A stretch of DNA of 63,209 nucleotides, counting the filler, from Phoronis australis (Eukaryota > Animalia > Phoronida), in NCBI GenBank assembly GCA_002633005.1. It is 6 parts of 6 records of this genome, joined end to end, with 100 filler letters (N's around TTAATTAATTAA, not from the genome) between each part and the next. Parts side by side here need not be neighbours in the genome. Positions count along the whole stretch, not along the records: positions 1 to 20,598 come from NMRA01001006.1; positions 20,699 to 50,125 come from NMRA01001293.1; 4 more parts are not named here. One strand, written 5' to 3'. The position numbers were made by a program, and so were the translations under genes. Under the pieces are notes generated by a model. It searched no databases. It was not told the DNA's origin and worked only from the letters and a program-made list of their open reading frames with translations. Positions 11,201 to 25,451 of this stretch are shown piece by piece; the first letter of the stretch is position 1; each line of letters starts with the position of its first letter.

Positions 11201-13971
11201 AGATGTCAGAAATGAGTAAGAAATATAATCTTGTTCAATAAAAGGTAAACCAATAAATGTGCAGCTAAAATAAGTCAACAAAGGAACAGTGTGATCAGAA
11301 AATCCCGAATAATTTGAAAACGAGACGTCTAAGTGGAAAATAGAAGCCCTCTTCTGAAAGAATATACATCAGAAAATCCACCTTCAAAATTCACGTCAGA
11401 TCCGCCATTTTGAAATCAACTTCCGGATAAAAAGATTTTGGAAATAGCTACTGACGGGAAATTAACGCATGGCAATTTTAGAAGCAATTGGTTCTACAAT
11501 GAGCACTCCAAAGGACAAAAAGTTTTCGTTCTGAAATAGAGGTGCTCAATCGCAATAGCCAATATTTCCGCTTTTTTTAACCGGAAGTTGATGATTTACG
11601 GCGCATTTGTCGTACACATCCGTTACAATATCGTACTGATTTTCATCCGTTTATGTTAAAAATTGTCGCCTCTATGAGCATTTGAATCTGAATTAAAAAA
11701 CAGAATGGACGCCATGTCCGCCATTTTGCATCCAATAATGACAAAAGCAATAGGCTTCGAGCTATTCCGGAACTAGAGGTTGTGAGTGAATTTTGTGAGG
11801 ACGAAAAATGCGACCTAAAGAATGCGAACAAACAAAAAATCACAAAAAATGAAGTCACAGCAATATACATGGTGAAAGAATTTCGCTATGTAATTATAGA
11901 CGTTCTAATAAAGTACGAGTCATAATGTGTCATTAATTATGCAGTCAGAGCATTCAAACATTGTTAAATCGGTACTTTTCTCTAGAGATCGTCTTGTTTA
12001 AAATTGGAATCGTACTCAAACACTTTCACTGATAAACTGTCGAACATTTATCGTTGCGTTCTCGATAATGCACGCTTGACGCCGTAACTGTTACTGTAAT
12101 GTATTCAAGTTTCTTACTTTAGGTTCATTTTCTAAAAATGACGCTAAATTTATCAAAGTGCAAAGAAGTAATAAGCGTATTTTAAAGTTTCCCTCGTTGA
12201 AAATAGTTTTTAATACCATTTGCTGACGATGTTACTCTAGTTGGCGACTCCATTGTTGAGATACACAGACGGTTGGATGTGCTGGACATTTTTTCTGTAT
12301 GCAAACATCCAAAAGTAAAACATAGTTGTTTTTAATACAAGCAGAACATTATAGAGGTGCATAGTTGAAAACTTTTTGTTATTACAAACATTTAGGGATT
12401 GTATTTCTAATGGATTAATTTGACGTACAACGTGATGCAGGACACTCGCACAAAAGGGAAAGCGAAGCAATGAATTTACAAAGGGTGTGGCAATATGCGC
12501 TGTCTGCAGGTGATCGGGGTGCGTGGGGGTGTAATTTGTAAATGGAAGTCATGAATGAAATCTTTTTTAATTTTTCGTGCGAGAGTCCGTGGTCAGTGGG
12601 ATGTACTTAGCATGCTATCTTTCAGGAAAAAATAATCAGCGTTGCCCGGATGATTAAACCCTGGAATGACGTGGGAGGAACTTCACCTATGGGTGACAGA
12701 AACTCTGCGGTCATTAACCGCGACCTTCTTTCAGATAAAAGGCCATTGACCGAATCAATGGCATTTATACAGTGAAAGAATGGTGAGTTCGAAGCTGGCA
12801 CCGAGAAATTCGCTTCTCTAGTGAAAACAAAATTTACCAGTTGAGCAAAACTTCACTGAACACCGGTGAACCAGCATCTCTCTCAGGCTGTATCGCCTGT
12901 GTGACTTTCAATACCCAAAATCACTTCTCTCGGACCACTACTGGCCTGTTGTAGCAAAGGGGGCTAAGGTCATATTCGGGGTGTTCACTGACACGATCAA
13001 CAGGTCACATGCGGGGAGGTCAAAACACAGATTGTTTACATTATGCATTCCGTTTTCACTGTTGGACTCGCCACTGACAAAGCGGTCATCTGCAGCGTTG
13101 CGTCAAATTGGTCGCCGGTGAGTGCGAACCCGAAATATGAAAGATGAAAGACGGCAATTGACAAGATTTAAAATGCTATTGAAAATGGAAACGGCAAAAA
13201 AAAATGTTACTCAAATATCTGCAATATTGAAATGGTTTGTCGAAAAGGAGGCTAATCTGTTGTCGACTCTGTGAAGCCTGTAGCAGCTTTCAAAATAAAC
13301 TAGACAACGTCGAAATTCGATGAAACTTCGACTATCAAGTCGCGACTAAATATCCCTTTCTGTTCATCTGTAATCCGTTTCAACGCTGCTTAATTAATGT
13401 CGAAAAGTGTTGCTCCTCGCTGTGCATGGCCAATCAACAATAAACAATTACCGGTCACGGGTTAGGCACAATGACGTCAAGTTGAACTCTGACTAAATTT
13501 TCACAAACATGCTATTTCATCGTGACAAAAGTTCGTCTAAACTGCAAAAATGTTCTGACAATAAATTCTTTATAGTTTGAGTCAGAATGCTTCTGTCGAA
13601 GTCTGTCGAATTTACTTTTAAAAACTACAGTAGCTGTAATTTTCAATGTAGAATTCGCCCACCTGGTTTTGTGGTTCATTACGCACTCACCCATGCAGCA
13701 CCAGACAGGATTCGTGCCGAAATGAATGTTTGTAACAGAGTTATGACAGGCCTCCCTGCAGAATACACACAACCAATAGCAAAACTGCATGTGCCCTGTT
13801 TAGTTGGCAAAACGAAAACGAGAGAATTGCAACCTGTAGAGTGCGAACAAACAAAAAAAATGAGAGCGCTCGGAGGAGCGACACTTGGCGGAACTAATCG
13901 AAAAGACGACGATGAGGGAGACGACGACAATCAAGACGATCACGGCGGCAATTATGAATAAGACGATAACA

Positions 13972-14700
13972 CGATAACATTCATGTGACTAGCAAAGAAA
14001 TCAAATAGAGAGTAGACAATCAACTACAATAGAGAACAATAGATGGCCCAGCATGACGGACGAGTCATGTCTGTTCCCACATTCTAAAATAGGTGGCGCT
14101 ATGTGACAGTCTGCAAAGCAAAGTTATGTTTACAATAAGTATTTGCCCTGGAATTGTACAGTCTACAGAGAGCTATGCCACAGTAGGACACTGCTGGTTG
14201 GGTCAGTCTGGGTCAACTAGGCATAACCAAAACAAAGCCAGCCAGCTGCGTGACTGAATTGGAACAACGGTATCCGTAAATCTCGAATAAATCAAAAAGT
14301 AGACATCGTAGCGCAAAATGGAAAATATCTTCTGAAAGCCCGTTCAAAACTCTATCTAAAATGGTAGTTTGGCAAACACGAACACTGCTGGCTGGGTCAG
14401 TCTGGGTCAACTAGGCATAACCAAAACAAAGCCAGCCAGCTGCGTGACCGAATTGGCAAACGGTATCCGAAAATCTCGAATAATTCAAAAAGTAGACGTT
14501 GTAGCGCAAACTGAAAATTATCATCTGAAAGCCCGTTCAAAACTCTATCTAAAGTGCTAGTTTGTCAAACACAATAACATTTATGTGACTAGCGAAAAAT
14601 CAAATAGAGAGCACACAATCAACTACAAAAAAGAACAATAGATGGCGCAACATGACGGACGAGCCATGCTTTAAAGTAGGACAGTGCTGGCTGGGTCAGT
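13972..14700. repeat. Locally duplicated blocks (~190-bp tandem pair ~14186-14570; ~95-bp block at ~13975 and ~14575)
   Basis: CACTGCTGG.TGGGTCAGTCTGGGTCAACTAGGCATAACCAAAACAAAGCC...AAAACTCTATCTAAA occurs twice; ATGTGACTAGC...CATGACGGACGAG occurs twice. Confidence 0.85.
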
Positions 14701-15674
14701 CGCAAAAGGTACCCGCTCATCCAAAACCTTTACGGCTAACAGATGGCGCTTTTCATCAATGACGTGTCATTTTATCGCTCAAGTAAGACTGTCTGCCAGA
14801 GAATCTTAACCAAGAACCTTGACCTACATTCTGCTGCTGCTGACTGTAACCACAGGTCACGAGAGTTGATGAACCAGACAGTGTATGTCCTGATGAGTGG
14901 CGAATTTGTGTGGAAAAGAAATCTTTGTGTCCGACATTCCATGCAGTTAAAATCCCATTTGTAACAACTATTTACAACATATAATTAAGATGAAAGTGTT
15001 AATAATATACGCTGTTGTGGTTGCTCGGCCTAAACGCTGGGGTAAAATATATATTCAATGAACGTGACCATGGTGAGGCTACTAAACCGTGCCCGGCCAC
15101 TTTTCCGCCCGGCGAGATTTTGGCAACTTCACAACCATAATTTTAATTAGGTTGAAACATAACCACNACTATTTATAACATATAATTAAGATGAAAGTGT
15201 TAATAATATACGCTGTTGTGGTTGATCGGCCTAAACGCTGGGGTAAAATATATATTCAATGAACGTGACCATGGTGAGGCTACTAAACCGGGCCCGGCCA
15301 CTTTTCCGCCCGGCGAGATTTTGGCAACTTCACAACCATAATTTTAATTAGGTTGAAACATAACCACTATATTTTTTAAATTATGCTTGAATTATACATG
15401 GTGATATACATGTTATGTTTTATTCTCTGCGATATTTTCTTTTTCGTTCAGTGTCTCGTTAGCCAACAACACTGAGCCCAGCAGACCGGACTGGCTGACG
15501 GTGGCACGACACGGCAGCTGATGGTTCACCAAGTAGAAACGTCTATCAACACAAGATTCAGTTCACACAAGAATGTCACATGACTGTAAGCAGCGCTGCC
15601 TGTTAGTAAAGCATCATTGCATCCAGCGCCATCTGTTTGCCGTAAAGGTTTTGGATGAGCGGGTACCTTTTGCG
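14701..15674. mobile_element. Non-autonomous DNA transposon with ~50-bp terminal inverted repeats
   Basis: CGCAAAAGGTACCCGCTCATCCAAAACCTTTACGGC.AACAGATGGCGCT at 14701-14750 and its reverse complement at 15625-15674 (1 mismatch); no coding capacity; no clear TSD. Confidence 0.8.
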
Positions 15675-16842
15675 TGGTTGACTCTCTATTCGTGTGCAAA
15701 GATAATAACTACATTACATGTGGTCCGTTATACTAGACTTAGGTACGCGTATACAACATCTCCCTTCGTTAAAAAAAAGTTTAAGTACAATGTAAGGTAC
15801 ATTCCAGTAAGTTGTCCATCATAAAGTCACTACGATAACACTAAAGTCCAACTTGTAAACACGTAAACTAACTATATGTGAGTATATATGTAGTGTCCTT
15901 CACAGGTCGTGAAATCTCGCAGGGGGCTTTACAGCTCGTCCCGATCTGGTGTGGTAGAGACCATCGTCCGCAGTGGTTGACGTTCCTTCGGACACAACCG
16001 GTTGTAAGTCTTCTTCCACGGATGGGGTGTAGTCATCGGGAGGCTGTGGCTCTTCTTTCGTAGAACGAATGTGTCGACGGTTTCGCCGAAATTCAACGCC
16101 AGTAGATTTGCGAACAATGTACGAGCGAGGTGCTTGTTCGCACTTCTTAACGACTGTCGCAGGTTCCCATTTCTTAGAGATGGGGTTTTGCACTCTGACA
16201 TGTTGGTTGTCACTAAGTTCTGTAAGTGGTCTTGCATGTTGGTTGTAATATTCAACTTGCTTTGTGGACTTTGCAGGATATGGCAGTTCCTTTTCTTTGT
16301 TGTTGACTACGGGTAGGTTTGAACGAACCTTACGGTTGAACATGTATTCGGCTGGAGAAGGTAATCCAGAGGCAATGGGNGGTTGTAATATTCAACTTGC
16401 TTTATGGACTTTGCAGGATATGGCAGTTCTTTTTCTTTGTTGTTAACTAAAGGTAGATTTGAACGAACCTTACGATTGAACATGTATTCGGCTGGATAAG
16501 GTCATCCAGGGACAATGGGCGTAGTGCTTAGACATAGTAGCGCCATCTGTGGATCATCTCCGGGTTCTAACGACTTTTGGAGACATCTCTTCACTGTCCC
16601 GACAAATCTTTTTGCTTTTCCATTACCTTGTGGATAGTGCGGGCTGCTAGTCACATGCTTGAAATCTTCAGCAAATCTTCGAAATTCATCACTGCTGTAT
16701 TGTGGACCGTTATCGCTCACAAGGAAATGCGGGATACCATACTCTGACATGACCATACGTAGTTGTTGTATGACACTTGACGAAATCGTGGACGAAATCT
16801 TGCGAAAAATACAGAATGAATTGTAATAGTCGTCGACAAGTA
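15675..16842 (-). mobile_element. Ty3/gypsy LTR retrotransposon remnant: integrase, PPT and start of 3' LTR
   Basis: Integrase LVSDNGPQYSSDEF...SSPHYPQGNGKAKR (16502..16756) and C-terminal PRSYIV...RRNRRHIR...TRSGRAVKPPARF (15900..16343); PPT AACGAAGGGAGA then TGTTGTAT at 15758. Confidence 0.9.
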
Positions 16843-17749
16843 AGTAGTATAGTAAGAGGTTTAGACGCCCCGTTTTGCGGCTCCTCGGTCAGAGGTCATC
16901 TATGTGAAAGGTCAAAGGTCACGTGGGATAACTGTAATCGACGGTCAATCCCATTTTAGCTGTAAAGGAGTGCAAAGACAAAGAAATGCAATCGACAAGG
17001 CGAGGTATCTCAAAGTATTACAGACCACAAAGAGTAGCTAGGCCCTCAACAAAGGATTCCGGTTAGGCGGTGACAACACTATGTATACCTACCTGCAAGA
17101 GAGTTGCGTGTTCACCTACTTTTATCCCAAACGACAAGTGTTCGACGACGGCGTCACCACTGGACCTTTGAACATTTAATTCGGACATTTGATAAATTTG
17201 CTATAGACTACTTTTCTGAACGTTTTGATGATTTAAACATTTAATTCGGACATTTGATAAGTTTGCTATAGACTACTTTTCTGAACGTTTTGATGATTTT
17301 ATATTCGAATGATTTTNTGTTGGTTTGTCATTAATACACGTTTAAACGCTATCGGTTTTATGTTCTGCGTTAGCTGGTCGCTTCTTCTTATTATTAGTAT
17401 TATTAGTACGATTCGCTCAGTACCGTCGGGTCCTGGGTTAGACTTTACACGACATCTGTTGTTGGGTTGGGTGGTTATCGCCTTTTGTTTTTGATGAAAC
17501 AAACACACAATATACAACGACAGGCAAACGAACTCATCCACGTTTTGTTATCATCCCTCTTTTGTTTCAATCAGTTGCTAGGAGCCGCAAAACGAGGTGT
17601 CTCTCTAATTAAATCTATGACGTCATGACGTCATTGACACATCCGTCCGGTAGATGTCACGATCGCAGTTATACCACGTGACCTTTCACATAGATGACCT
17701 TTGACCGAGACCCGCAAAACGTGTCGTCTAAACCTCTTACTATACTACT
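16843..17749. mobile_element. MITE with ~100-bp TIRs and TA target duplication (Tc1/mariner-type)
   Basis: TA|AGTAGTATAGTAAGAGGTTTAGACG...ATCTATGTGAAAGGTCA versus TGACCTTTCACATAGATG...CGTCTAAACCTCTTACTATACTACT|TA; internal 65-bp tandem duplication at ~17171-17299. Confidence 0.85.
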
Positions 17750-18529
17750 TATGGCATATGAAGGAGAATTGCTAAATTTTAATTTGAAGCTAATTTGTCA
17801 ATACTTTTCTGTCAATACATAGTTTTTGATAACTATTCATTGAGTTTTATTGAAATCCCATTCGGAAAATAGCAAAGTATTAAGAGTAGTTGAATGCCGG
17901 TAAAGACATCGACCTTGATTTCAACGAATGTCTGTCAGACAACGATTTGAATTGGTGATCTGTAATAAAATCACAAAAACACAAAAGATTTTGTTTTGTA
18001 TCACAAGTGAAAGCTTATAACTTAAAGTTTAGCGTACACAACACATGAATAATCTGGTCGTAAACGCTAGTGAAAAATTGGCCTTAAATTATTGATGAGT
18101 GTATCGATTTTAAGCATACTAGTAAGAAGGTTTCAAGAAACGATGTAGGTATGTCTAGGTTTACAAATGTCAATGACTGGAAATGTACATGAACCTTATC
18201 GGGCACTAAGGGTCGAGGCTTACACTCATCTATTCTCGAAGGTTCATAATCCAAAATCTGTTCTAAAGCGCGATTTCATAATTACAGCCAATGTCCTTTA
18301 ACATATTTTGCAGCATGCCTTCAAATTTAGCCTATACTGTATATCAGGTATGGCTATATAGCTTCCGCTGATTTAGTGCAGGTAAACTTTAAAGTTGTGG
18401 CAAGTGCAAAAGTATAATCGTGTGACATTTTACTTGTTTTTTTTGTTATTTCTTGCAGTTTGTATTGTGCTCCCTACTCTTGAAATTACTATTTAGGTTT
18501 GGTTCTCGCATAATATGATGTCAAATCAG

Positions 18530-19250
18530 GTTCGTCAGTTCTGTGCCAGGACAGAGATAACGAGGACTAGGACGACTCGATGTTTAAGCTTGAGCGTGTT
18601 AAGATTTGCGACATTGTCCCATTCGTCACAAGAACGACAGGTCGCAGGTATTGCCGTGCTAAGCTGCCAGCAGAAACTCCGTCATTGTAATGGATAATGA
18701 CGCTTGCTGAAACCAGTTACTTGTAGTGACGCGTTTCTAGGATTTTTAAACCCAGTATTTGGTTGCTAGTATGGTTTTACTGTTACGTTTCTGAGTTTAG
18801 CCAATTCTACCACATCAAAAATTATGGAAATACATTGAGCAAAAATCATTTAATCCGCTGTTCTAATCTCTTTCAGCAATGTTGACGCAGATGCCAAATG
18901 AGGCTTTGGATGTTGTCTATGCTTATTATGGCGACATGGGCACCCCAAGGGATGACAAATTCATATAAGAAATTATGAAGTGGAGACATTGGTATAGGAT
19001 TGCCGTGCGCCACTTCCAAGCACGACAGAAAACACTCTTACTAACAGTTTTACTCAGGGCTTCACACCGCCCTCGAGATTCTTCTCTCATTTCTCCTTTC
19101 AGCTTGTGCTGCATTGCGGATGTCTAGTTCCATAAAGATGATGCAAACTCTTCTGAAGCATACCGCCTGACGGTTGTCATCAACACTACTGTTACATATT
19201 CATAAGGACAAGGTATTGGTTTAAACTGAGTTGTGGCTGCAGATTTTCAC
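18530..19250 (+). pseudogene. Fossil hAT transposase C-terminus (PRKRIR/ZMYM1-like, dimerisation domain)
   Basis: Manual translation across stops and frameshifts gives IVPFVTRTTGRRYCRAKLPAETP, EIMKWRHWY, PLPSTTENTL, GLHTALEILLSFLLSACAALRMSSSIKMMQTLLKHT, RLSSTLLLHIHKDK (cf. hAT 'LPVSTCTAERSFSSLKRLKTYLRSTM...RL.SLALLHIH'). Confidence 0.65.
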
Positions 19251-20598
19251 TACCCTAATTTTTGTGCAATGAATAAATAAATATCACGATATTTAACAGA
19301 TAGAATTGAGTCTTCAGCATTCGGAAAACTTGTGTCACACGCAACTAATGCCGTATTTTATGTTATTTCATAGCCAAAACGTGAACAACAGTTACCCCGA
19401 AACTGTTAACAAAATCAAGATACATGTATGTGAGCCCTTGCTAATAATTTAAAGCTCAATGCCGGAACGCCTTAAAACTAAAACATCGAAATACATTATC
19501 TGCAGAAGTTCAGAAGCAAACCTATCAATATCATATGCATACTAATGAATTAGTGAATAGATAAAGTCGATGAAATAATAAAATCTAATAATTAAAAGCA
19601 TTTCTATGAACCCGAATTGGTTGCACGGTCAGTACTAACTCAAATATGGTCTAAAGAGGTCGGTATTGCTTACGCTAGGTAACGCCTCAAACATCTCTGA
19701 CACTCCAAATCAACACCATAACAAGGGTCGTTCTAAGCAGAATTCGGTTACAAATACAATGCTATTTTCTGTAAATGCATGGAAGTTTTCAGAAATACAG
19801 AATGTATGTGTAATCTCAGGGGCCGATCCATGATTCTGAATTAGGGAGGCCAGGGCACAGAAATGACCAGAATCATTTCGTCACATGCGCACACCCTGCC
19901 TAAAATGCAGGGATGCAGAAGAGAGTTTAAACTTTTGGGTTTGTGGACCTTATTACTAAAAAACGGAAACGGGGTTTGTTCAAGGCTATACATGGTGCAT
20001 TCCACCCTCCGAGCCCCCTAGGTGCGCGCATATGCCAGTCAGCTATTCACACCCCAACTACAAAATGGAGTCTGTGAGAANATCCACCACTGACTCTTTT
20101 TGAATGTCTAGAAGTTGTAAACAACAAAGTTTTCAGACCATTTGGTATTATGTCATGAAGTCAAATACAATGACGTTTATTTGATTGATAGTATGGTAGA
20201 ATGTTAAACGCTATAGCTTCGCATTGTGACCGAGGCATACACTAATATAGTCGTAGTTGTCAAATAACGAGGTTTAAGTTACAACTTAAAATAAAATGGC
20301 GTTCTAATACTTACCCTGTCTGTTTCGTTAATTCTCATGTTTTCCTTCAGAAGACGCCTTACACATTCTACGTCCCCACCCAATGCTGCGTAATGAAGAG
20401 GAGTCGCCCTTAATCGCTACAAATATATACAGTGTAGCATATCAAACAACTAAATGAACCTTCCAGACAAAAGGTTCGGACACCAAAAGATTCTCCACAG
20501 AATACTCGCAATGGTGACGGACTAAATGTGTTGGCATTACACTGTCCAACTCTGTTTGAATGACACTTCTGTTTAACATAGAAACGATGGACATGTAA

Positions 20599-20698
20599 NN
20601 NNNNNNNNNNNNNNNNNNNNNNNNNNNNNNNNNNNNNNNNNNTTAATTAATTAANNNNNNNNNNNNNNNNNNNNNNNNNNNNNNNNNNNNNNNNNNNN
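20599..20698. other. Assembly spacer (44N-TTAATTAATTAA-44N)
   Basis: Exactly 100 bp with a six-frame stop linker. Confidence 0.97.
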
Positions 20699-22525
20699 AG
20701 GCGTTGTCTTCGTAACGTCTTGTATGAAGTGCGTAACTCGCATAATTCGTGCTCGGAGATAACAGTCGCTGGGATCTACTGAGACTTGGTGACTTCTTTC
20801 TTCTGGTTATAAGACTACTGCGAAGTAGAACATTAACTTGTCTTGTGAACGTCTTTGCGTAAGACTCAGCCCTACAAGTTTATTATTTGTCAAGGCGTGT
20901 CATTTTATGCACTAAACATGTTATCTTAATAACGAACAACATCAACCCAATTTTATAGCGGAAAACGGTCTAAATTAAATGCTCTGTTCTTGGACTGAAC
21001 GGTTGTTTATAGCCCTTTAAACATAAGCCGGAAGATTAAAACGGACGTTATTGGTGTGTGGTTGGAAAGTTTGCGACATAAAATGTCACGAGACTAACAG
21101 ATGGTTTTGGGAAACCCCCAGAATTCCTGGAAAACGGAACTGAATGGGCACGTGGATAAAGAAAATGGCCATGCGTCGAGTGCTCACACGTGCATTGTCT
21201 ACAAAGGTGTACTTATCATTGTGAACTAACACCATTCATCCTATCAGTTTATTGTCTCTTCGTCCAAGAGTGTTATCACTAAATATATAGATAAAGTCCC
21301 ATTAATTAATGATCGCATTAGAATAATACGATGGAATTTGAGACGTTATCGTTCACACTGCACTGAAGTGATAGAACATTGACGTATAGCACAAAACACA
21401 AAGCATATAAGCAATGTTGCCAAAAAACTATATTTAAACTCTTCACGAGACCATTGTATTGTATACTGAGGCGCCACGTTCTGTCCGCGGTACGAAGTCA
21501 ATTGATGAAAGCTCCACTTCCGTCCTAAGCCCAGATTATGCTCTCTCAACTCTAGATGGACATCGAAATTATTTTGGCATTTTCTATTCCACTTTTGTAC
21601 GAATTCAAGGTAAGTGTTTATTATTCCACGCTCCAGTAAGTAATGGCTTACAAGGATAACTGCCTAATCCTAGTTTAAACTTCATGGCCCCATCATTGTG
21701 GCTAAAAGATAGAATCTAAACTCGACATTTCGAGTTGGTATTCGACGTAAACCTTGCGTTTTTACTCAAGACTTTAGGGTCGATCATAAAATTCAAACTT
21801 GGACGAAAAATCCATTTTTCATAAGCCAAAATGTACTCGAACATAGAATAAAAGACACAGACCTTGAGTTCGCATAGCAGTAGAACAGAAAATAGGGAAA
21901 ATGATATCGAGTTAAATTGCGAGTAAAAAAATGACCCTACATGCGTTCAGTAGAACTAAGACCTACGCTAGGACCTAGCTAAAATCTAGCATAAGTCACG
22001 TGTTCTCATTTAAAATACACGACAATATCTCACGTAATTTCGCGAAGTCTTGCTTTTTAGCGAGGTCCTAGCGTTACGGAAAGGAAGGCAGGTTTCTGTT
22101 TAGATCTCGCTTTTAAACATTAATTTAAAAAAAGCATAGCATTGAACTTAAAGGTTTCTTTTCCATGATAACAAGATTCTATTTTAGTGTTCAGTACGAA
22201 CTGAGTGACGTGTTTTACTGTTATATGCTCTGGATGTCCTTCGTCGAAAAACAATTAAGGCAGATTTCGAGACCAGTTGCAAAACACAGGATCACACAAA
22301 ACTTTGCGAGATGTAACCATACAATAGACGTGAAACACGTGACGTGACCACAGTAGTTATTCCTGCGAGATTTTGTACTAAGTTCTACTGTGCTATCGGT
22401 ATGCAAGAGTAAGCGGTTTCATTTTTGTCCACAGCTCAACAGGAATAAATGAAATTTCCTGGGCCCGGGTCAAATCTTTGTTATCGAAATCGAACTGAAA
22501 TTTATTTTTACACTTTCCGTCCTAC

Positions 22526-23760
22526 TTTTTTGAATGTTTATCATGAAATAGTGCAATAAATATACAAACCCAGAAAGCACCAAGAGGCATTGTATCTGGG
22601 CTAAACAGTACAATACAAACAATTTTGTGCACGATTATACACAAATACATAAATTGATAAACTGATGTTAAGATTACAATGATATGTTTTAAATATAAAT
22701 GTGATTACGAATATAAATAAATCATTTTCATACACCATAAGTGATTTTACAATAAAAAATAAGCACATGTATACGGCGTTATCGACTCACACGAAGAGAT
22801 TGAATATTAAAAGAAATTTTGAAACTTTTTTAATAAAGCTTTATGTTCATTTAAGTAGAGTTCTTTACAACCCTTTAAAAATAAATTTGTTATACATTTG
22901 AGGAAGATCTAAACATTGGGGTATTGTTCGAGTGCCTGGAAAAACTGTCCCTTCTGCTTCCCGCATTCCGTGCAAGCAAAGAAAATATGAGTGTCTCCAC
23001 ATTAGCGCAGAGGTGAAATATCATTAAAATTATGTCTAAATTTCTCGTTGTTGAGGAATAGACCGTATCTTGATCTGTTAAGGATTATTTCATGGTTGCG
23101 AGGAAATTGGAATGATGTCAATGGGACTTGCACCTCTAGAGTAGTGGAATGCAGCTTAAAGTTACTTTTGAGAGTGACGATTAAAGTGCTTTCTTTTATT
23201 TTGGATGGTAAGAAAGTCCAGCTGTCAATGCAAGTTAATATAGATCTCTTGAAGGCTTGGTTGGGGGAAGATGATATAGTCCTGGTCTTGTGTAAAGTCT
23301 TTTGCAAAAGTCATGGAAGATTTTGTTAGAATAATTGTTATGTTGTTTAAGACTTTGAATGTATACATAGACAAGTGGAGTTTACGACGGGTTGCTAGTT
23401 TGCTCTAGTTGAGACTGTTTAGAACCTTGATTGTGATGGATCCTTTGTATGCTCCTGTTATGGCTAAAGCTGCTTGGTATTGTAGTCTTTCTAATTGAAG
23501 AAGTATGCCAGCGTTTGCCGATTGGTAGCCAAGGTTATGTCACAGTAATCTAGATGTGGAAGTACAAAAGACTTGAACAGAGTTTCCAGATACATGGTGT
23601 TGAGGTGACGAGAGACAATTCTAATTGGATTGGTTAATTTTTGTGCCTTATGGACGAGCTTGTGACAGTGAGGAGTAAATGTAATCTTATGGTCAAGTAG
23701 CAAACCAATCTGTTTATGTGTATGATTTTTGAAATAAACTCCCCATTGAATGAGCTTTTA
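22526..23760 (-). mobile_element. 5'-truncated, decayed non-LTR retrotransposon (CR1/L2-like), ORF2 C-terminus and 3' UTR
   Basis: LLDHKITFTPHCHKLVHKA...LFKSFVLPHLDYCDI, then QYQAALAITGA, RRKLH, and FKRS...WTFLPSKIKE...LKSNFK; ends in an A-rich tail at ~22526. Confidence 0.8.
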
Positions 23761-25451
23761 TTACTGCCTGAGTGACAAGCCAAAGTTCACACTTGACGAC
23801 TATCAACATGTTGCCTCGTGGAATTGGGCAAACTGCGAGTGCCTGTGCACAGGAGCCTGAAAGTTGCGGGGGCCGGGCCAGGGTATGTGAACCTTCTGTT
23901 CGGGAAAATCTGTCGGTGGATTAAAAAACGCTAACGCGATCCCGCCGCCATCTGGGGTCTGTGTGCCCCCCCCATTCGCTACCAGTCCTGGTTACTGACA
24001 ATATTTCCTCACGTTTCACGCTGCGGCTATTTCAGTTTGCTTGCGGNAATCTGCCGTCATTTTCTTGCGTTTGCGTTACTCTCCGCCTTTTCTATCAATG
24101 AAAAGTATGTCGTCGTTTTGAAAACAATACGCGCCATTTCCTAAAATTTTCGACATCTCTCGGGAGATAATGATAGCTTGGCAGCAGCAAAATTTTTTCT
24201 GAAATTCGTTTTTTCGGTATCAAAATTCTAAAAACTTATAATGAAGTGAAATCAGTTCCGATAATTTGTTGTGACGTGTACACAACCTCGTGAAAGAACA
24301 GTTGATTGATGAATCGGCGAAAAAAGAAACTGGCCAATAGGTGACGCAATATTTCATGGCGCCGAAAGCCGTCGCTAACTGTCGCTTCACAACTTATAAA
24401 GCTGTATACTTAGTATACAGCTTTGTACCAAGGCTAGGGTCTACGCAGTTCCTTCCAGCTGCTACTGTTACTGTTAACATACAGAAACGAAATATCTTGA
24501 CCTGTGTCGCCTTACATCGCTTAACAGTAGTGATTATATAGAAGAATAATTAGCAGTAGGGACATCATGTTCATTAATTTTGTTGGGCAATTGTTATTGG
24601 TCTGGTTTTGCAATTTTTATACTTCTAAATGTTATATATGTGTATAAAAATGTCACCTATAACGTAGGTTTTAGGACATACATGTTCCAAATAAAGTTGA
24701 CAAAAACGAACTCTGTTATTTATAAGACAGTGTTTCCTGAAATTTCAAGACATGAGTTCACATTTAACAGTCATATCATTAAAACATATATGAATATTGA
24801 AAAATAAAAGCGTTATTGGATGGCCGGTACTAGGTTAAGACTAATAAACACTTTAGAACAATTTTTTACCAAATAGACTCAAGTATTTTCCATTTGAAAC
24901 CGTAATATCCGACGTTTATGCATCCAAAAGGTGGAAGCCTTGCCATGTAAGCACGGCTTATTTTACAAGCCATTAACACTTAGCAATGAACCCGCGTCAG
25001 TGTTGAACACGGTGAAATTGCAGGACCTAGTTGTAAATACTGCGAATTCATGGATTTAAACGTTATCGCATGAGTCAATACCTGCGCAAATATCCTTATC
25101 TGCTGGTCTCCTATCGTTGTGAACAAGGCTGCGCAATTTGATCATTCGATATGGCAAAGTTACGAGATTTCCGTGTGTAGTAACAAATAGTCCGTTAGCT
25201 ATTTCACTAGTCTTCGACGCGGAATTAAAAGTTAAAAAGAGAACGACTCGCACAAAAGGAACACTTAACTTGGTACGTGAGTCTTAAATGTATTTTGATG
25301 TTAATGAAACTGCTCCTAAAGGTTCAATATTCAATATAAATATACCGTTCTGCATTGCTAAAATATATGTAGTAACAGAGTTCGACTGATTTGTGAACAC
25401 TGAGACAATAACTGTTTCTTACCATTGTCAGGATATACGCCATCTACGGAG

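Noticed and set aside
14040-15640. Cluster of AGATGGCGC/AGGTGGCGC CTCF-like motifs
   Set aside because: These are only half-sites carried inside repeats and TIRs, with no evidence of function.
21540-21615. Strong donor CAAG|GTAAGT as a possible mucin 5' UTR exon
   Set aside because: Plausible but unsupported without transcript data.
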